Positions 39,008 to 52,920 of a stretch of DNA of 64,000 nt are shown piece by piece. The stretch is from the NCBI RefSeq assembly GCF_009914755.1, contig NC_060932.1; one strand, 5' to 3'. The notes below the pieces were generated by a model, which was not told the DNA's origin, did no database searches, and saw nothing but the letters and a program-made list of their open reading frames with translations. Within the stretch, counting starts at the first letter, position 1. The number at the start of each line of letters is the position of its first letter. This stretch comes from the human T2T-CHM13v2.0 reference genome, Homo sapiens. The position numbers and the translations under genes are program-made.

Positions 39008-41309
39008 TAGTCATAGGATTTTGGAGCCCCGAAAGAAAAGTTGAGATAAGTGGTAGAGCTAGGACTAATATTTGGAATGTTGGTCTTCACCTACCGTGCT
39101 CTCCTGTGAGTTTGTCTGTTGGCATGCTGTCTCTCCAGCAGTGAAACTGTTGGCTTTCATGGCCACATGGCCCTGAGGTTCTAGCTGGGGTGAAGGCACA
39201 CCTCTTGCTATTTCTTCCTCTTCAGTAAAATAGAGACCACAGGATGAGGAGATAGATGCAGAAGATACCACAGTTCAGCCTGGTTTTTATTTAAGGTTCT
39301 TGTTTTGCTAGAGATAGATGTGGCTGGGAGATCACCTGGTTCTATGAGTCCAAGTTTCATCTTGCTTCTGTAATTTGGGGATCAGGCTGCTCCAAGAATC
39401 ACTTCTAATGACACACCCATAACTCAGAGTTGTAATGTCCATCTGGGCATCAGAGATGAAGATAATTAATTCGTGACTTTTAAGTACTGTGATTTTGTTC
39501 ATGAAGTCCAGATAATAGTTCTCCTAAATTAAGAGATCCCAAAGTCATTAACCATCCATGTGTATCCAAAGCCAGGATTGAAGCTTGGTATATATTAGGT
39601 GCTTAGCAGATGTTTCTTAATTAAGAGAGGAAAAGATAGACCAGTTAGCCCCCAGAAGTTACAGAATATCCTTTGGGTCCCCTGCTTTCCTCCCACCCTA
39701 TCGCCCTCTCTAATATAGAGTCAAATTCTTCCCAAGAAGCTTGAATCTGCCAGAGGAGTGAGGAATCTTCTAGCAGGCGGGTTATTTTAAATCTTTAATA
39801 GACATATTACCTTACATTATGGCTTCATCATCCGCCCCTCAGCGTGAGCACAAAGAGAACATCCATCACAATTAGTGTAACATCCCAAACACATAAAAAA
39901 GATGAAAATGTGCAGCTACGTTGGGTATAAAGGAGCCCAGCCTTTCTGAGCAGATTTTTGTTGGACCTCGGGCACACAGCCAGACGAGGATGCTGCCCTC
40001 CCATGGGCCAAGTAGGAGATGAGGGTCTGCTTCAAGCCCAGTAGGTTATTTCTGTCTGTCCTCCTCCAGAAAAGCAGAAGCTTCCAGAACTGAGCTGAGG
40101 CTGTCACTGTCCTCCACAAAGCTCTGCTCTCATTTCTATTACTGGCCACTCAGAGGACATTGGCCAAAACCTGAGGTCCCTGGTTCCAGGGCAATCAGAA
40201 AAAAACATTTTATGTACTGAGCCAAATTCTGTATGAAGATCTTCCACTTCTGTTAGCTCATGGAAGTCCTTTAAGCACTATGTGAAATATTACGGTCCTT
40301 TTTGCAGAGAAGGAATTGGCTAAAAAATTTTCTGTGTTATACAGAAAGTAATAAGTGACTCATACACCCATCAGTCTGATGACAAAGGTTATTTTCTTAG
40401 AATATGGTTACTGGTCAAGACAAGTGTTCATAGAACTGAAGTTGGAAGGAAAGAAGATGCCACTCTCATTTTGGAGGCAAGAGCAGTGCCAGTCACGCGG
40501 CTGCCAACACCTGGTGTCCTTTTCCATTTCTCTTTCTTTTGCTCTTCACCTGTGTACAATTCTTCATAATGCCCTCCAAACTATTGCTTGTATGTTTCAG
40601 TGTTTGCATAAATTTATATAGGCATATATACAATTATTTATCTCCCTTTTGGGCTCATGCAGAGTTGAGTTAATCACACACTTCAGTTCTTAGCACTATC
40701 AACATCATTCACCACAAGGCTCCTCTCCCATTTATTTTCCCCTGTTCAGTCCCTGATTCTCATTCCTACTCCCCTCACCTGCCTGGACACCTGCTCTGAT
40801 GTGCTGGATATGTGTTCTTCTAGTATTGTGTATGTTCATGTGCTTTGGTTGACATAAGCAATATTTGGTAATAGGCCTTATTTTGCTTCTAATTTTTTTC
40901 CATTTAGATTTAGCTACATTTGCTCTGAAGGCATCTAGCTCATCGCTTTGAACTCCTGCGTGCTGAGATGCTATGCCTCCACACATTTTATTTGTCCCCC
41001 CTCCCTGAAGACAGGCCCTCTAGATTGCGTTTGACTCTTGGCCACCTCAGACAATACAATGATTTAACCAATACCAACATCCTTGTCCCCTTGGGCTCTG
41101 TACTAAACTTTACCTGGCTATTCTCAGTTCTTTGATTTTCTACAATTGTTTTGCTTGTTTACGTTCTCATCACCCCTTGTCTGGGTCATTACAAAGATCA
41201 TCCTGCCCAGACTCCCACCTCTCCTGGCAGTAAATTCTGCTCTTACTTAAGGCTCAGATAAGCCAGTTGCCCACCTGTGCTTGGTCTCTTCTCAGCTCCT
41301 CCATGATAT

Positions 41310-41396
41310 AATTTCTGTACTATAAAAAAAATAAAAAGTAAAAAATAAAAAAATAAAAAAATAAAAAATAATAAAATAAAAAAAATTTCTGTACTA
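41310..41396 (+). mobile_element. Solo poly(A) retro-insertion with 13-bp TSD AATTTCTGTACTA
   Basis: TSD at 41310-41322 and 41384-41396 around a 61-nt A-rich tract. Confidence 0.8.
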
Positions 41397-44127
41397 GTCA
41401 TCTGGCGTGCAGACCACAATCTGAGATGATAGATGATTAACTGTAGCAAATGCAGTGGTTTTCTACCTGGTTAGGTTTTGTTGTTCTCAGCTGCAGAGGG
41501 AGTAGCCCATTCATGTCATCGTAGAGCCCGGTATCCTCTACAGTACATATACAGTATACCTAAAGGGCTCTGCAGGTACACACACTGGAGTCTAGGTTTT
41601 TGGCTCATTGCTACCCTCTGCCTCTGTGCCAGGGAAGGAGTCCCTACTCATCTGGCTTAGAAGCAGATAGATGGAAGCTCATCACCAGCAGATGGATGGG
41701 GTCATAGAGAGCTGGTGAGGGGGTGTCATAGAGAGCTGGTGAAGGTGGGTCAAGAAGCAATAAAGAGACTTTTCAAGCTTTTTGGTGCTGCCAGGTACTA
41801 ATTTTGACACAAAGTGCTAATAGGCATGAATTATGAATTGGCCTCAATCCTTGGTGACAGACATGTGCATGTAAGCCTCTTTGATCCTACGAGCAAATTT
41901 GTGTGTGTGTGCGTGTGCACACGTCTGTGTGTGTGTGGTGGGTCAGGGAAGGAAAGGATGGAGGCATGGAGGAGCTGGACTATGCCACAGCTGCTTTGGA
42001 AAGACAGGGCACAAAATAGGGGTTGGATGTAGACCCTCTCCTAGCTGTCCTGCCTCCTTCTTCCCTGAGATATCCTGAATGGTAGGTGCAGCTGGAAGGA
42101 TCAGGAAGTGGTTCTGCCTTTCAAGCAGCCAAAGCAAAGTGTGTTGAGCAGTAAGGCCAGAGGTGTGTGAGAGGTGTGTGAGGCAGGACAGTCTTCTTCT
42201 TGGGATGTTCATTCATTTGAGTTTTAATCATGCCTATAATATTGCTTTCATTTTCTGATTGTTTTCCTGAATCCCAGGATTTCTTCATTCACTTTCTTCT
42301 CTAAATATGACTGAATGCATTCACCCTCTCTCCTTCTAAAAGGGTTACTAATTTGGAAGTTTCTTAGCCAGGTCTCTCTTAGCCAAGTCAGAACGAGTTG
42401 TTAGCTCCCTGGACTATCTTCCTGGTAAATGTGGATTAAGCATCTTTTCTAGAGCAATTTCATAAGGAAGCTGTAAGAACCAAATAGAATAGTAGGTGTC
42501 AAAGTGCTACATGCATTATAGCTATAAATATGCATTGCAGTTTGTATTCTACTTAGCTTTTGTTTTATCTTAATTTTTTTCTTTTTTTCACTTATATTAA
42601 TAAGACGGGGATTGGCTTTTCTCTTAGGCTAGTGCTCCGTTCCCCAGCCCCAAACCTGTACAACTCTGCCACTGCACAAACACACACCTCCTTTACTGTT
42701 CACTAGGGAACAGTGAAGTTTATGCCAGCAGACTCCTAAATCTGTCATAATCTATAGAAAGAGACTTGGCCCAAGAAGGGAGATAGAAGGGGTTGGGTGG
42801 GATAGAGATGCTAAATTGACCTATACGATAAGGAATTGAGAGAAGGGAAGGAGAGAAAGAGAATAGAAGCCGCTCAGCTGGGGCTCTGGGGGAAGTTCTA
42901 GGGCTTGTGTGCAGAGGGCTCTGTAGGATGGGAGAGAATTGGGTAGTAGAAGAAAGGGCTTTAAAAAGAGTTACTGTGGCTTATTAATTAGATCCCTTTC
43001 ACAGTCTTAAAGAGATGTAAATAATGCTTGTGATTCCTTCCTAATTACTATTTGGTAGTGGGACTTGGCTCTTTAAAGATGAGTCCCTGCAGAGACTGTG
43101 TAATATAACAGATCATTTATCACATCACGATGAATTTAAAGCTATTCAAGTTATGATTTTTTTATATTTGTAACTAGGCAGAACATTGTGTGGACCCCCT
43201 GCGAAGTGACGCTGTGCGGTATTTGGGAATGGGCAGTCGGGAGGGCAGAGCCCTTGGTCCTTTTAGCTAGGGTCCCCGTGCGGGCTGGATGCCGTACCCA
43301 AGAACCCGCTACCTAGGCTCCAGGTCTGGGCCAGCTTGTGGGTTTCAGCTGGGAGTCTCTTGACAGCTGTTAGCATTTCCAAGGCCACATATTGAGCCAC
43401 ATGGCTGTGGCCCTGCCAGCTAAAGAGCACCCTGATGTTGTCACCAAAAGAATCAGAACTACTCAGCAAACATGTGATGCAGGGGGGAGTAGCTCTGTTG
43501 GAGTGATGACCCCAAGTCCTAGCCCCTGTTCCACTGCTGTGCTGTGGTGAGAGGAATGGGGATGATACCTGCTAACATGGATGAGGGGGAAGCTGGGACT
43601 GTGCAAGTCCCGTGGAGGTAAGTGAGTGAATGATGACGACATTAGATGCAGTCGTGTGATGTTGGATCCCTGTCCATTGTCAGGGAAGGAGGCCAGTTCT
43701 TGAGCTGATGCTCTGGTCAGTGTCCCATGGGAGGATGTCTTTGAACCTTGCAGACAGCACGGATTCCTCAATCCTGGGAAAACCTGGCTACTTTAGGATA
43801 AGCACCTTCTTTATCATATTGCTTCCCTACAGTCATCCCCAGTCATAAGTTTTGATAAGGATCATAACCAGAAGCTAAGTAAAGCAGCCATCAGAAACGA
43901 CGTAAGTGTGTGTCTGCAGCATTTTCCAGGGATGGGCATGTGGCTGATCTGAGATGGTCTGGAATTGTTCTGACCAATCCCTCTCATCCTGTCACCTTAA
44001 AATCCTCCTCCACACCCACCCACACCAGATGTCAGTAACACCTGAAAAATGGTCTTCTGAGCTGGTTCTTAGTCTGGTCTGTACTTTATTCAGGTCTCAT
44101 GCAACAAAGGTGTGTTCTAATTTACAG

Positions 44128-44360
44128 TAGAGCATAATGGTTAGGGACAGAGATTTTGGAGCCCACCTGCTCAAGTTGAGATCCCAGCTCTATCAGTTAA
44201 AATCTGTGTGATATTAAGATATTGCTTAATCTCTCTGGGCCTGTAAAATTGAATTAATGGCAGTATCAAACTCACTAGTGTTTGTTGTGAAGATTCAATG
44301 AGTTAGTACTTGCAGAATTAGATGAGGCCTGGTGTATAGGCAGGTTTGAGAAATTATTGT
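44128..44360 (+). mobile_element. MIR SINE
   Basis: gcataatggttagggacagagattttggagcc...gatcccagctctatc...cttaatctctctgggcc. Confidence 0.8.
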
Positions 44361-44579
44361 AGGCATAGCTAAGTGTAGAACAATGATTGTGGAAACATGG
44401 TCTAGGGCGAGCCATATCAGAGTCTCAGTAGGGCCAGGAGAGGGAGAAGGAGCCTATTAAGACTGAAGATGTTTGAGATCTGCCCCAGATAGGGGAACCA
44501 GAATCTCCAGGAATAGTGCCAAGTGTTGACACTGACAACCAGCAATCCAGGCGATTCTGAACTAAAGTTGGAGAACCAT

Positions 44580-45692
44580 TGTGATGGGTAGAATTTTACA
44601 GATGCCCCACCCCACTCCTACCACAAAATACCTGCTACTGGTTATCTGAACATGAATCTAGGTGCTTCTAGGAAGGGATTTTGCAGATGGAATTAAAGCC
44701 CCTAGTCAGTTCACTTTAAAATATGGAGATTATCTGGGTGGGGGCCTGCTGTAATCATAGGAGCCCTTTAAAAGGCAAAAGACATCAAACAGATTTGGCA
44801 GAAGGGGTTATTCTAACCCTTACTGGTTGTGAAATAGAGCAGGGCACGTGAGGAGCAATGAAGGCAGCCTTCAGAGGCTGAAAGACAAGCTCTTGGTTGA
44901 CAGCCAGCCAAGACCTGTGACCTCAGTCCTACAACCACAAGGATCTGAATTCTGATGACCAATTGTGTTAGGTTTCTCCAGAGGGACAGGACTAATAGGA
45001 TATCTGTATATAAGACAGGGAGTTTTTTAAGGAGAATTGACTCACAGGATCACAAGGTAAGTCTCTTGATAGGCCGTCTGCATGCTGAGTAGCTAGGAAG
45101 CCAGTAGTGGCTCAGTCTGAGTCCCAAAGCCTCAAAAGTAGGGAAACTGACAGTGCAGCCTTTAGCCTATGGCCAGAGGCCCAAGAGTCCCCAGTAAACC
45201 ACTGGTGTAAGTCCAAGAGTCTGAAGGCCGAAGATCCTGGAGTCTGATTTTCAAGGGCAGGGAGCATCTAGCATGGGAGAAAGATGAAAGCTGGAAGACT
45301 TAGCAAGTCAGCTTATCCCAATTTGTTCTGTCTGCTTTTTCTAGTCGCACTAGGAGCTGACTGGATGGTGCCCACCCACATTGAGGATGGGTCTTCCTCT
45401 CCTAGTCCACTGACTAAAATGTTACCCTCCTTCAGCAACACCCTCACATACACACCCAGAAACAACACTTTGCATCCTTCAATCCAATCAAGTTGACACT
45501 TCATATTAACCATCACACCAACTGAGTGAGCTTGTGAAAAGAACACAGCTCTACTGACACCTCGAGACCCCAAGCAGAGAACCAAGTCCAGCCACCCAGG
45601 ACTTCTTACCTGCAGAACTGTGAGACGATAAATGGGTGCTGTCCTTACTGGCTTAGCTGGTGTCAATTACACAGCATTAGAAAACTAACATA
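44580..45692 (+). mobile_element. MLT1 (E/F-like) MaLR LTR split by a nested MLT2A
   Basis: tgtgatgggtagaattttacagatgcccc...gggattttgcagatggaattaaag...cctgcagaactgtgagacgataaatgggtgctgt...acagcattagaaaactaa. Confidence 0.8.
44964..45517 (-). mobile_element. MLT2A (MLT2A2-like) ERVL solo LTR
   Basis: ctccagagggacaggactaatagg...ttcaatccaatcaagttgacacttcatattaaccatcaca. Flanks CCAAT and CCAAC form a 5-bp TSD with one mismatch. Confidence 0.88.
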
Positions 45693-46894
45693 ACAAACAC
45701 CACTTTGTTAGACTTGTATTTGCTCTCTAAGTTTGTAAGACTTGTAAGACTGTAAGAAAGATACTCGGCTTGGGATATCCTACTGGATATATATCCTCTG
45801 GCAAGTTACTGAACCTTTTTTTTTCTTCCTCCATAAAATAGTGACAATAAACTTAACAGAATTGTTGAGAAAAGAAAGTGAAATCAGATACACAAAAAGG
45901 CAGTTGGAGGGTAAAATTCTCTTTATACAAAATAAACATTCCAAATTTTTTTATTTCCAAATATATTCTCTCCTTTGAGGTTTATTCAAAACAGCAGCAA
46001 ACAAGCTTGTTTGTAAACTGAAGGAGTCCCCTGTAATGCTACATGGTTCTGAGGTTCAATGGATTACAGACCCAACTTTGATATGTACTCCCTTCACAAT
46101 GCCTAGGGCCACAAGCCTTGGGCCATTTTTGCCCAGTGGCTGTGGGTCCCTGAGAAGCTGTTGCTGCACCTGCTAGAACAGCTCATCTGCTTTTGGAGGT
46201 GTTGTCTCCGCATTCAGAGCTCAGTGCTGCAGAGATTCCTTCTATCAGCCTGCAGTCCTTAAACAGACACTCTGTGCCTCTCTGGTGGGTATGAGTGAGC
46301 CATATGGAAAACATTTTTTCTCAGATGTTGTCATACTCCCAATACCACCAGATTCACTACTCTCCTTTAAGGGACATGCGTGTCTTGTGCAAATACTTTG
46401 ATAAACCACTGGGTGAGGGGAGGACACCCTAAGGACAGCAGAGAACAACAGATGGGTGTCCTTGGATCAATTACTGAGCCATTTATTAGTGAAGTATGAA
46501 GGCATATCCAATGCTGATGGGATGGTATACTAGAAATGATTTTAGACGTTCTTCTCTAAAGGGGAGAGGATATGAGATCATTGCCTTTAGGAGAGAAGCT
46601 GTGGGGAAAGAACAGAGGCAAGAGCAGAAGGATGTACACCTCACATCTCCAGGGCCACCATCACATAGACTGTGATGTGCAGCCTTCTTAGAAATGTCTG
46701 ATGGAAAGTTTCATGACAGTTCTGCTGTTTTGTGTGCTATGTAAAATCTCTTTCTTCTTGCCCTATGAAATCTAAGTGAAATCTGCACGATTTTTAATGT
46801 CCTGTTTTGGAGGAGATGGCCAACTACTATCCCGAGACTCAAGCTGGGCATGAGAAAGGAGCCAGGACCCAGCATAGGGAGGCCAGAAATCAGG

Positions 46895-47130
46895 TGCAAT
46901 TCTTGAGCACCTTACTGTGTGTCAGGGATTGTGCTGAGCTATATAGAGGTATATATACATACTCCAGGCAAACTCTTAACCCTTCACCACCCTCTTGCAA
47001 GATATTTGTACTCCTGTTTAACAGGGGAGAGAGCGTAGAGATATTGAGTGTTGTGTCAATTCAACATAGCAGTCGATGGCAGGGCTGGGACTGAATTCCA
47101 CTACACATGCTTCCAACTGCACTGCGTTGT
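46895..47130 (-). mobile_element. MIR SINE
   Basis: ttgagcaccttactgtgtgtcagggattgtgctgagc...gatggcagggctgggactgaattcc. Confidence 0.65.
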
Positions 47131-48239
47131 CTGCCTTAAACATGAAATGAAATATAGGCAAGAGACTTGCAATTTTCTCATTTCATCAATAACTTCTAGA
47201 AATCCTGATGCGAGAGCACTTGGAAAGAGTCAAGCCCCAGGGAGCTTAGGCCAGCTCTCTCTCCAGTGTCATCAATCTTAGAGGAAGTCCTGGGATTCAG
47301 AGCGAGGCGTACCTGCTGAATGACATTGTCAGAGTAGTTGGGGGAAAACATTTCACTTTCTCTTCTTAATACTGTCTAACGGGGAGAAACAAATATCTTC
47401 ACCTTTTCACCCTTTGAAACAGAAATCTATGCCCAGAATTTTCAAACAGCAGCTCAAGAAACAAATAATCTTTGTCTCTCTAATTTATCATTTTCTAACT
47501 TGATAATAGTCCTCATCCAGCGGGCCACTGTATTATAACATAGCATGTCAGATGGATCTCAAAGCTTAATGAATACAGAGAAATTAAACTCCCAAACCTG
47601 CTGATGTAAACACTCAGCACTGCCCACCCCCATCCTCTTTTTGGGTATATTTCTGAGCCATTAAAGAAATTAATTACTTTCTCTTCCATTTGCCTCGTAA
47701 CTGAGGTCAGGCTTGAATGTCTAAGCAGTGCATGGCTTGGCCATCTGACTTTGCATCAGCGCAGGCGGAAATCACCTCTTAAAGTGAGGAGGCTTCTCTC
47801 TCCACTTTTTTGTTGAAGATATAAGAGTATTTTATAGAAACATCAGGCAGGGACCTGCCTTTATGATAATCATATGACTTAGAGCAAAAATAAATAATAA
47901 TGCCTGGGAAGGAAAGGGAAGAAGCAGTGTTGGGCCCTCTATTGAGCTGTCAGGAGCTGCTGACAGAGCAGTTTGGTGACTAGAGGGAGCGGTGGCTGGT
48001 GGGAGGGAAGAGCATAGTGAGGACTGAGCAGGGACCGGATTGTATGAGAGGAAAGGTAGCCAGCATTTTGCAGACCTTGAAGTAACAAGAAGCAGCCCCC
48101 TTGCACCTGTGGGGGAACCATTCCCATGACTGACAGTAACACCTCACCATTGGTGGAGGGACCCAGGGAGACCAGTAGGTGAGGAGGATTATGTCTGAAG
48201 GCAGGAGGGGAGAGCCTGCAGGCCCTACATGGGGAGGAG

Positions 48240-48450
48240 TTGAGAGCATGGGCTCACCTTCAGGCAGACCTAGTTACCTCTCGCTTACTTGCAGTGAGAC
48301 CCTGGGTAAGTTCTTACCCATGCTTGTTCCTGTAGCTATAAAGTGGGCATGATCACTCACTGCAGTTTTTATAAAGATCACATAAAATCCATCAGTGTAG
48401 CCCAATGCCTGATATCCAGCAGGTTATCCACAAATAACAAGTAGGTTTAT
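48240..48450 (+). mobile_element. MIR SINE
   Basis: gttgagagcatgggctc...caggcagacctag...gcagtgagaccctgggtaagtt. Confidence 0.65.
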
Positions 48451-49321
48451 TACTAAGGTTAATTCCAGTTATCAATGGAGGCCTTGGATTCCAGGATCAG
48501 GAGATAGGGACTGCGTGGCCCCTATGGAGACAGAACATGAGTGACACTCCTTACATCCAATGTGCAGAGGCTCCCTGAGGGCAGGGGCCTCCACTCAAAC
48601 CCTGAGAAACCCAACTCTTCCTGGGACCATCCCAGAGAAGTCAGGCAAGGCAGGTGTGGTGCCAAAGGGAGGCATTTATCCATTCGGCCATAAAGAGTCA
48701 TTGATGCCTTGCCAGGCACAGAGGGTGGAGTGGGGAATTAAAAATACAGACATTTTACAGCCTCTGACTTGAATTCACTTACAGTTCCAGCCAGGGAGAC
48801 AAAATGCCTAGACAGGGAAGAGGGACAACAAAACAAAACTTACTATAGTATCAGGAAAGCACTAAGACTGATAAAAATACAGGAATGCCTCAAGGCTGAT
48901 ATGTGTTAAACCCAACAGGTCATTGATTCCCGGTGTGAGCAAGTAGGAAGATGAAATAAATAGGAAGCTTCCAGAGGGCAGGGGTCACTTTGCAGCATAA
49001 TTTCAGTTGACCTTTTCTACTCTTGTCCCTGTCCCACAGACCAAGTGAGAACCATGTCAGGATCTCAGGCCTTTGGTGTGTGCTGGGATATCCATCCCAG
49101 CTACTGAGATTGACCCTGTGAGCTTTAGGCCTGGGCATGAAGTTGTTGAGGACAGGCAAGGGAAGAGGCCAGGGAAGTCTGCCAGGAGTCATAAGGGACA
49201 CTGCTCTGGGAGGCAGAAGTTGTAACACTAGCTCTTCTTCTCCCAACTCACCATGAGAATTTGAGAAAGACCTTTGTCCTCTGCAGAATTCTAGTTCCTC
49301 ATGCATAAAAACCTGAATAAA

Positions 49322-49639
49322 GCTGGCCATAGTGGTGACTCATGCCTGTAATCCCAGCACTGTAGGAGGCTGAGGTAGGAGGATTGCTTCAGCCCTGGAG
49401 TTTAAGACCAGCCTGGGAAATATAGTGGGATCTCATCTCCACAAAAGAATTTAAAAATTAGCCGAGCATGGTGGTGTGTGCTTGCAGTCCCAACTACTCA
49501 GGGGGCTGAGGTGGAAGGATCGCTTGAACCCGGGAGGTGGATGTTGCAGTGAGCCAAAATTGCACACCGCACTCCAGCCTGGGTGACAGAGCAAAATCCT
49601 GTCTCAAAAGCAAACTAACTAACAAAAAACAAAAAAAAG
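49322..49639 (+). mobile_element. AluJ (Jb-like)
   Basis: ggaggattgcttcagccctggag. Degenerate TSD aaaaacctgaataaa / aaaaacttggataaa. Confidence 0.93.
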
Positions 49640-50309
49640 AAAAACTTGGATAAAGGATGCTGAACTATCCATCCTCTTAATTTTTCCCAACTGTAATACT
49701 TGAGTATATCAGGTGTGGAAGATTAGGTTCCCAGAAGTCACATTTCATCCCAACAGGGTGTCCTCTGACCCTGGTTTTAAGGACTCCCTCCTAGACTCCA
49801 TGTCTCTTGCTCTGCAAGCTTCACCTGTCCCCTCAGGGACTCCGGCTGTCCCTGGCATCTACAGCTGGCTGCTCTGGGGCAACGGAAAGGTCAGATGCCT
49901 CCAGTTAATTTTTAATCATAGGTGGCAGATGTTGAAGCCCAGGATTTATGAATGCTTTTCATCTTAACCAACTTGCTGCTGGCTCCCAGCTATTCTCTCT
50001 CACCTGCTGCATATGATTTATACATCTGTCGCCCGCTGCAGTAAGCCAGAGGCTGAGCTGCACAATTTCCAGTGGGCTTGCCCCTTCTCAAATGCATTCT
50101 AGTTCTTTTGTGCTGTAACAATAAGCTTATTTGCTGAAAGACATGCGATCCTTTGGAAAACCACTCCCATTCCACACTCCTTTCCTAGCTCACCAGCTTT
50201 TCTCCTCTTCATCATCCACAGTTCTCCCTCTCATCTAGCCCTCTAGAGAACTGCAGTTTCCCTTCAGGAAGCTTGCACTGATGGATTCAGAAGAGTCAAG
50301 GCCTAGTGA

Positions 50310-50631
<322 letters not shown>

Positions 50632-51574
50632 CCACCTCTCTTCTTGGACCTCAGGCACCAGGTCCATACTTCCTCCCTTATATGGCTGAGATGAGTCACA
50701 TTTAAATCGGGTCTCAGAGACAGACCCCAGGTTCCTGGAAAAGATTTCTAAAGTGATTTTAATGCATCACGGTGTTCCTCTGTAGCTGGCACTAACTGTA
50801 GTCTGCTGAGAAAGAGGTCTGTGTCTTTTGGCTAAGAAAGTGCTACCCATTCTCCTTTCCCCATTTATGTTCTTGAAATGAGGGTAGCTGATGAGGTGCA
50901 AGGTTAAGAGAAGGGTCAGGCTCTTGAGGAGATGATCCCACCAGTTGCGTTCCTCTCTGAATCTCTTCTGGTCATGGGACCTTCCAGGTGGAGGGAAGAA
51001 TGGAAAGAGTATCTATTAACCCTTAATTGTAGAGCTGGACATTTTACATCCCTAGTGCAAAAGAGTTTCCATAGAACAGGCAGGTAATATCAGCGAGTGA
51101 ATTGACTTTCAGTATAAGTGAGACAATGAGGAATGGTGAGGTCTGTAACAATCTGGAGAAAATAAGTTCTGTACACAAGAAATGGTTACTACTTAGTTTT
51201 AAGGGGTTAATTTCTTAGAGAAGTATAGGCATAAGGTTGCCAGATCTTCTGGTATTTCAAGAGCATATAGAAATATAGATTTTTAAAATGTGCAATCTCT
51301 TATTTATAAGCAATTGACCAATAATTCAAAAAATAGAAAACATTATGCAGCATTCTGCAGGCTAAGCAAAGTACATCTGCTAGCCAGATTGCTCCAAAGA
51401 GCTCCTGATTTCAACTTTTCCTTTACATGTTTGATCTTACTACTATCAACAATGCTAGAAGATGGGTTTTATTATCTCTTCTCATAGTGGAAGAAACTGA
51501 AGGTCAGAAATGTCAAGGACTTTGCCTGGAGCCATACAGATGGAAGAGAAGGGGCTTAGAAATAGGCCTGTCTT

Positions 51575-52020
<446 letters not shown>

Positions 52021-52240
52021 CTACTTTACCTTCCTCCCTCACATGCTCCAAGGCTTTCTAGGACTTAGTGAATCTTTCTATAAATTTTGCCAGTTTGACC
52101 CCCAAGTACTTGAGAACTTCAGAAGCATCTGCAGAAAAATCAACTTATTTCTGAGTCATTGTCCTTGCTAGGGCTCATTTAAGTGCCGCTTGTTAAGTCC
52201 TAAATAGTGTTAATTTTTCTTTTATCTACTTATTTTGTAG

Positions 52241-52591
<351 letters not shown>

Positions 52592-52734
52592 TGACTTTTA
52601 TATAAAGAGAATAAAGACAAATTCCTAGAAGTTCCAAGTCAACCAATACATAAAGAATCCAATCAGATTTTCTTGGTTGCCACATAGATTTGGAGCTTAC
52701 AGGGGACTAGGGAGCTGGCAATTTCCTGAAATAT

Positions 52735-52920
52735 GCCTGGCACTGTGCTTTGCTCCTCTATGATGTTATTTAACCTAATTCTTTATGATCCTGTGGATTG
52801 GGAATTATTGGCCTCATTTTACAAATGAGATAATTAAGCTCATAAAATTTAAGTAACATGCCTGAGGTCACACAGTGCAGATAGAGGCAGGACTTGGGCC
52901 TTGAGCTGCCCAACCTCAAA
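52735..52920 (-). mobile_element. MIR SINE
   Basis: cctcattttacaaatgagataattaag...aagtaacatgcctgaggtcacacag. Confidence 0.75.

Noticed and set aside
48920-49330. 136-aa minus-strand ORF
   Set aside because: Starts inside an Alu end and has no recognisable homology.
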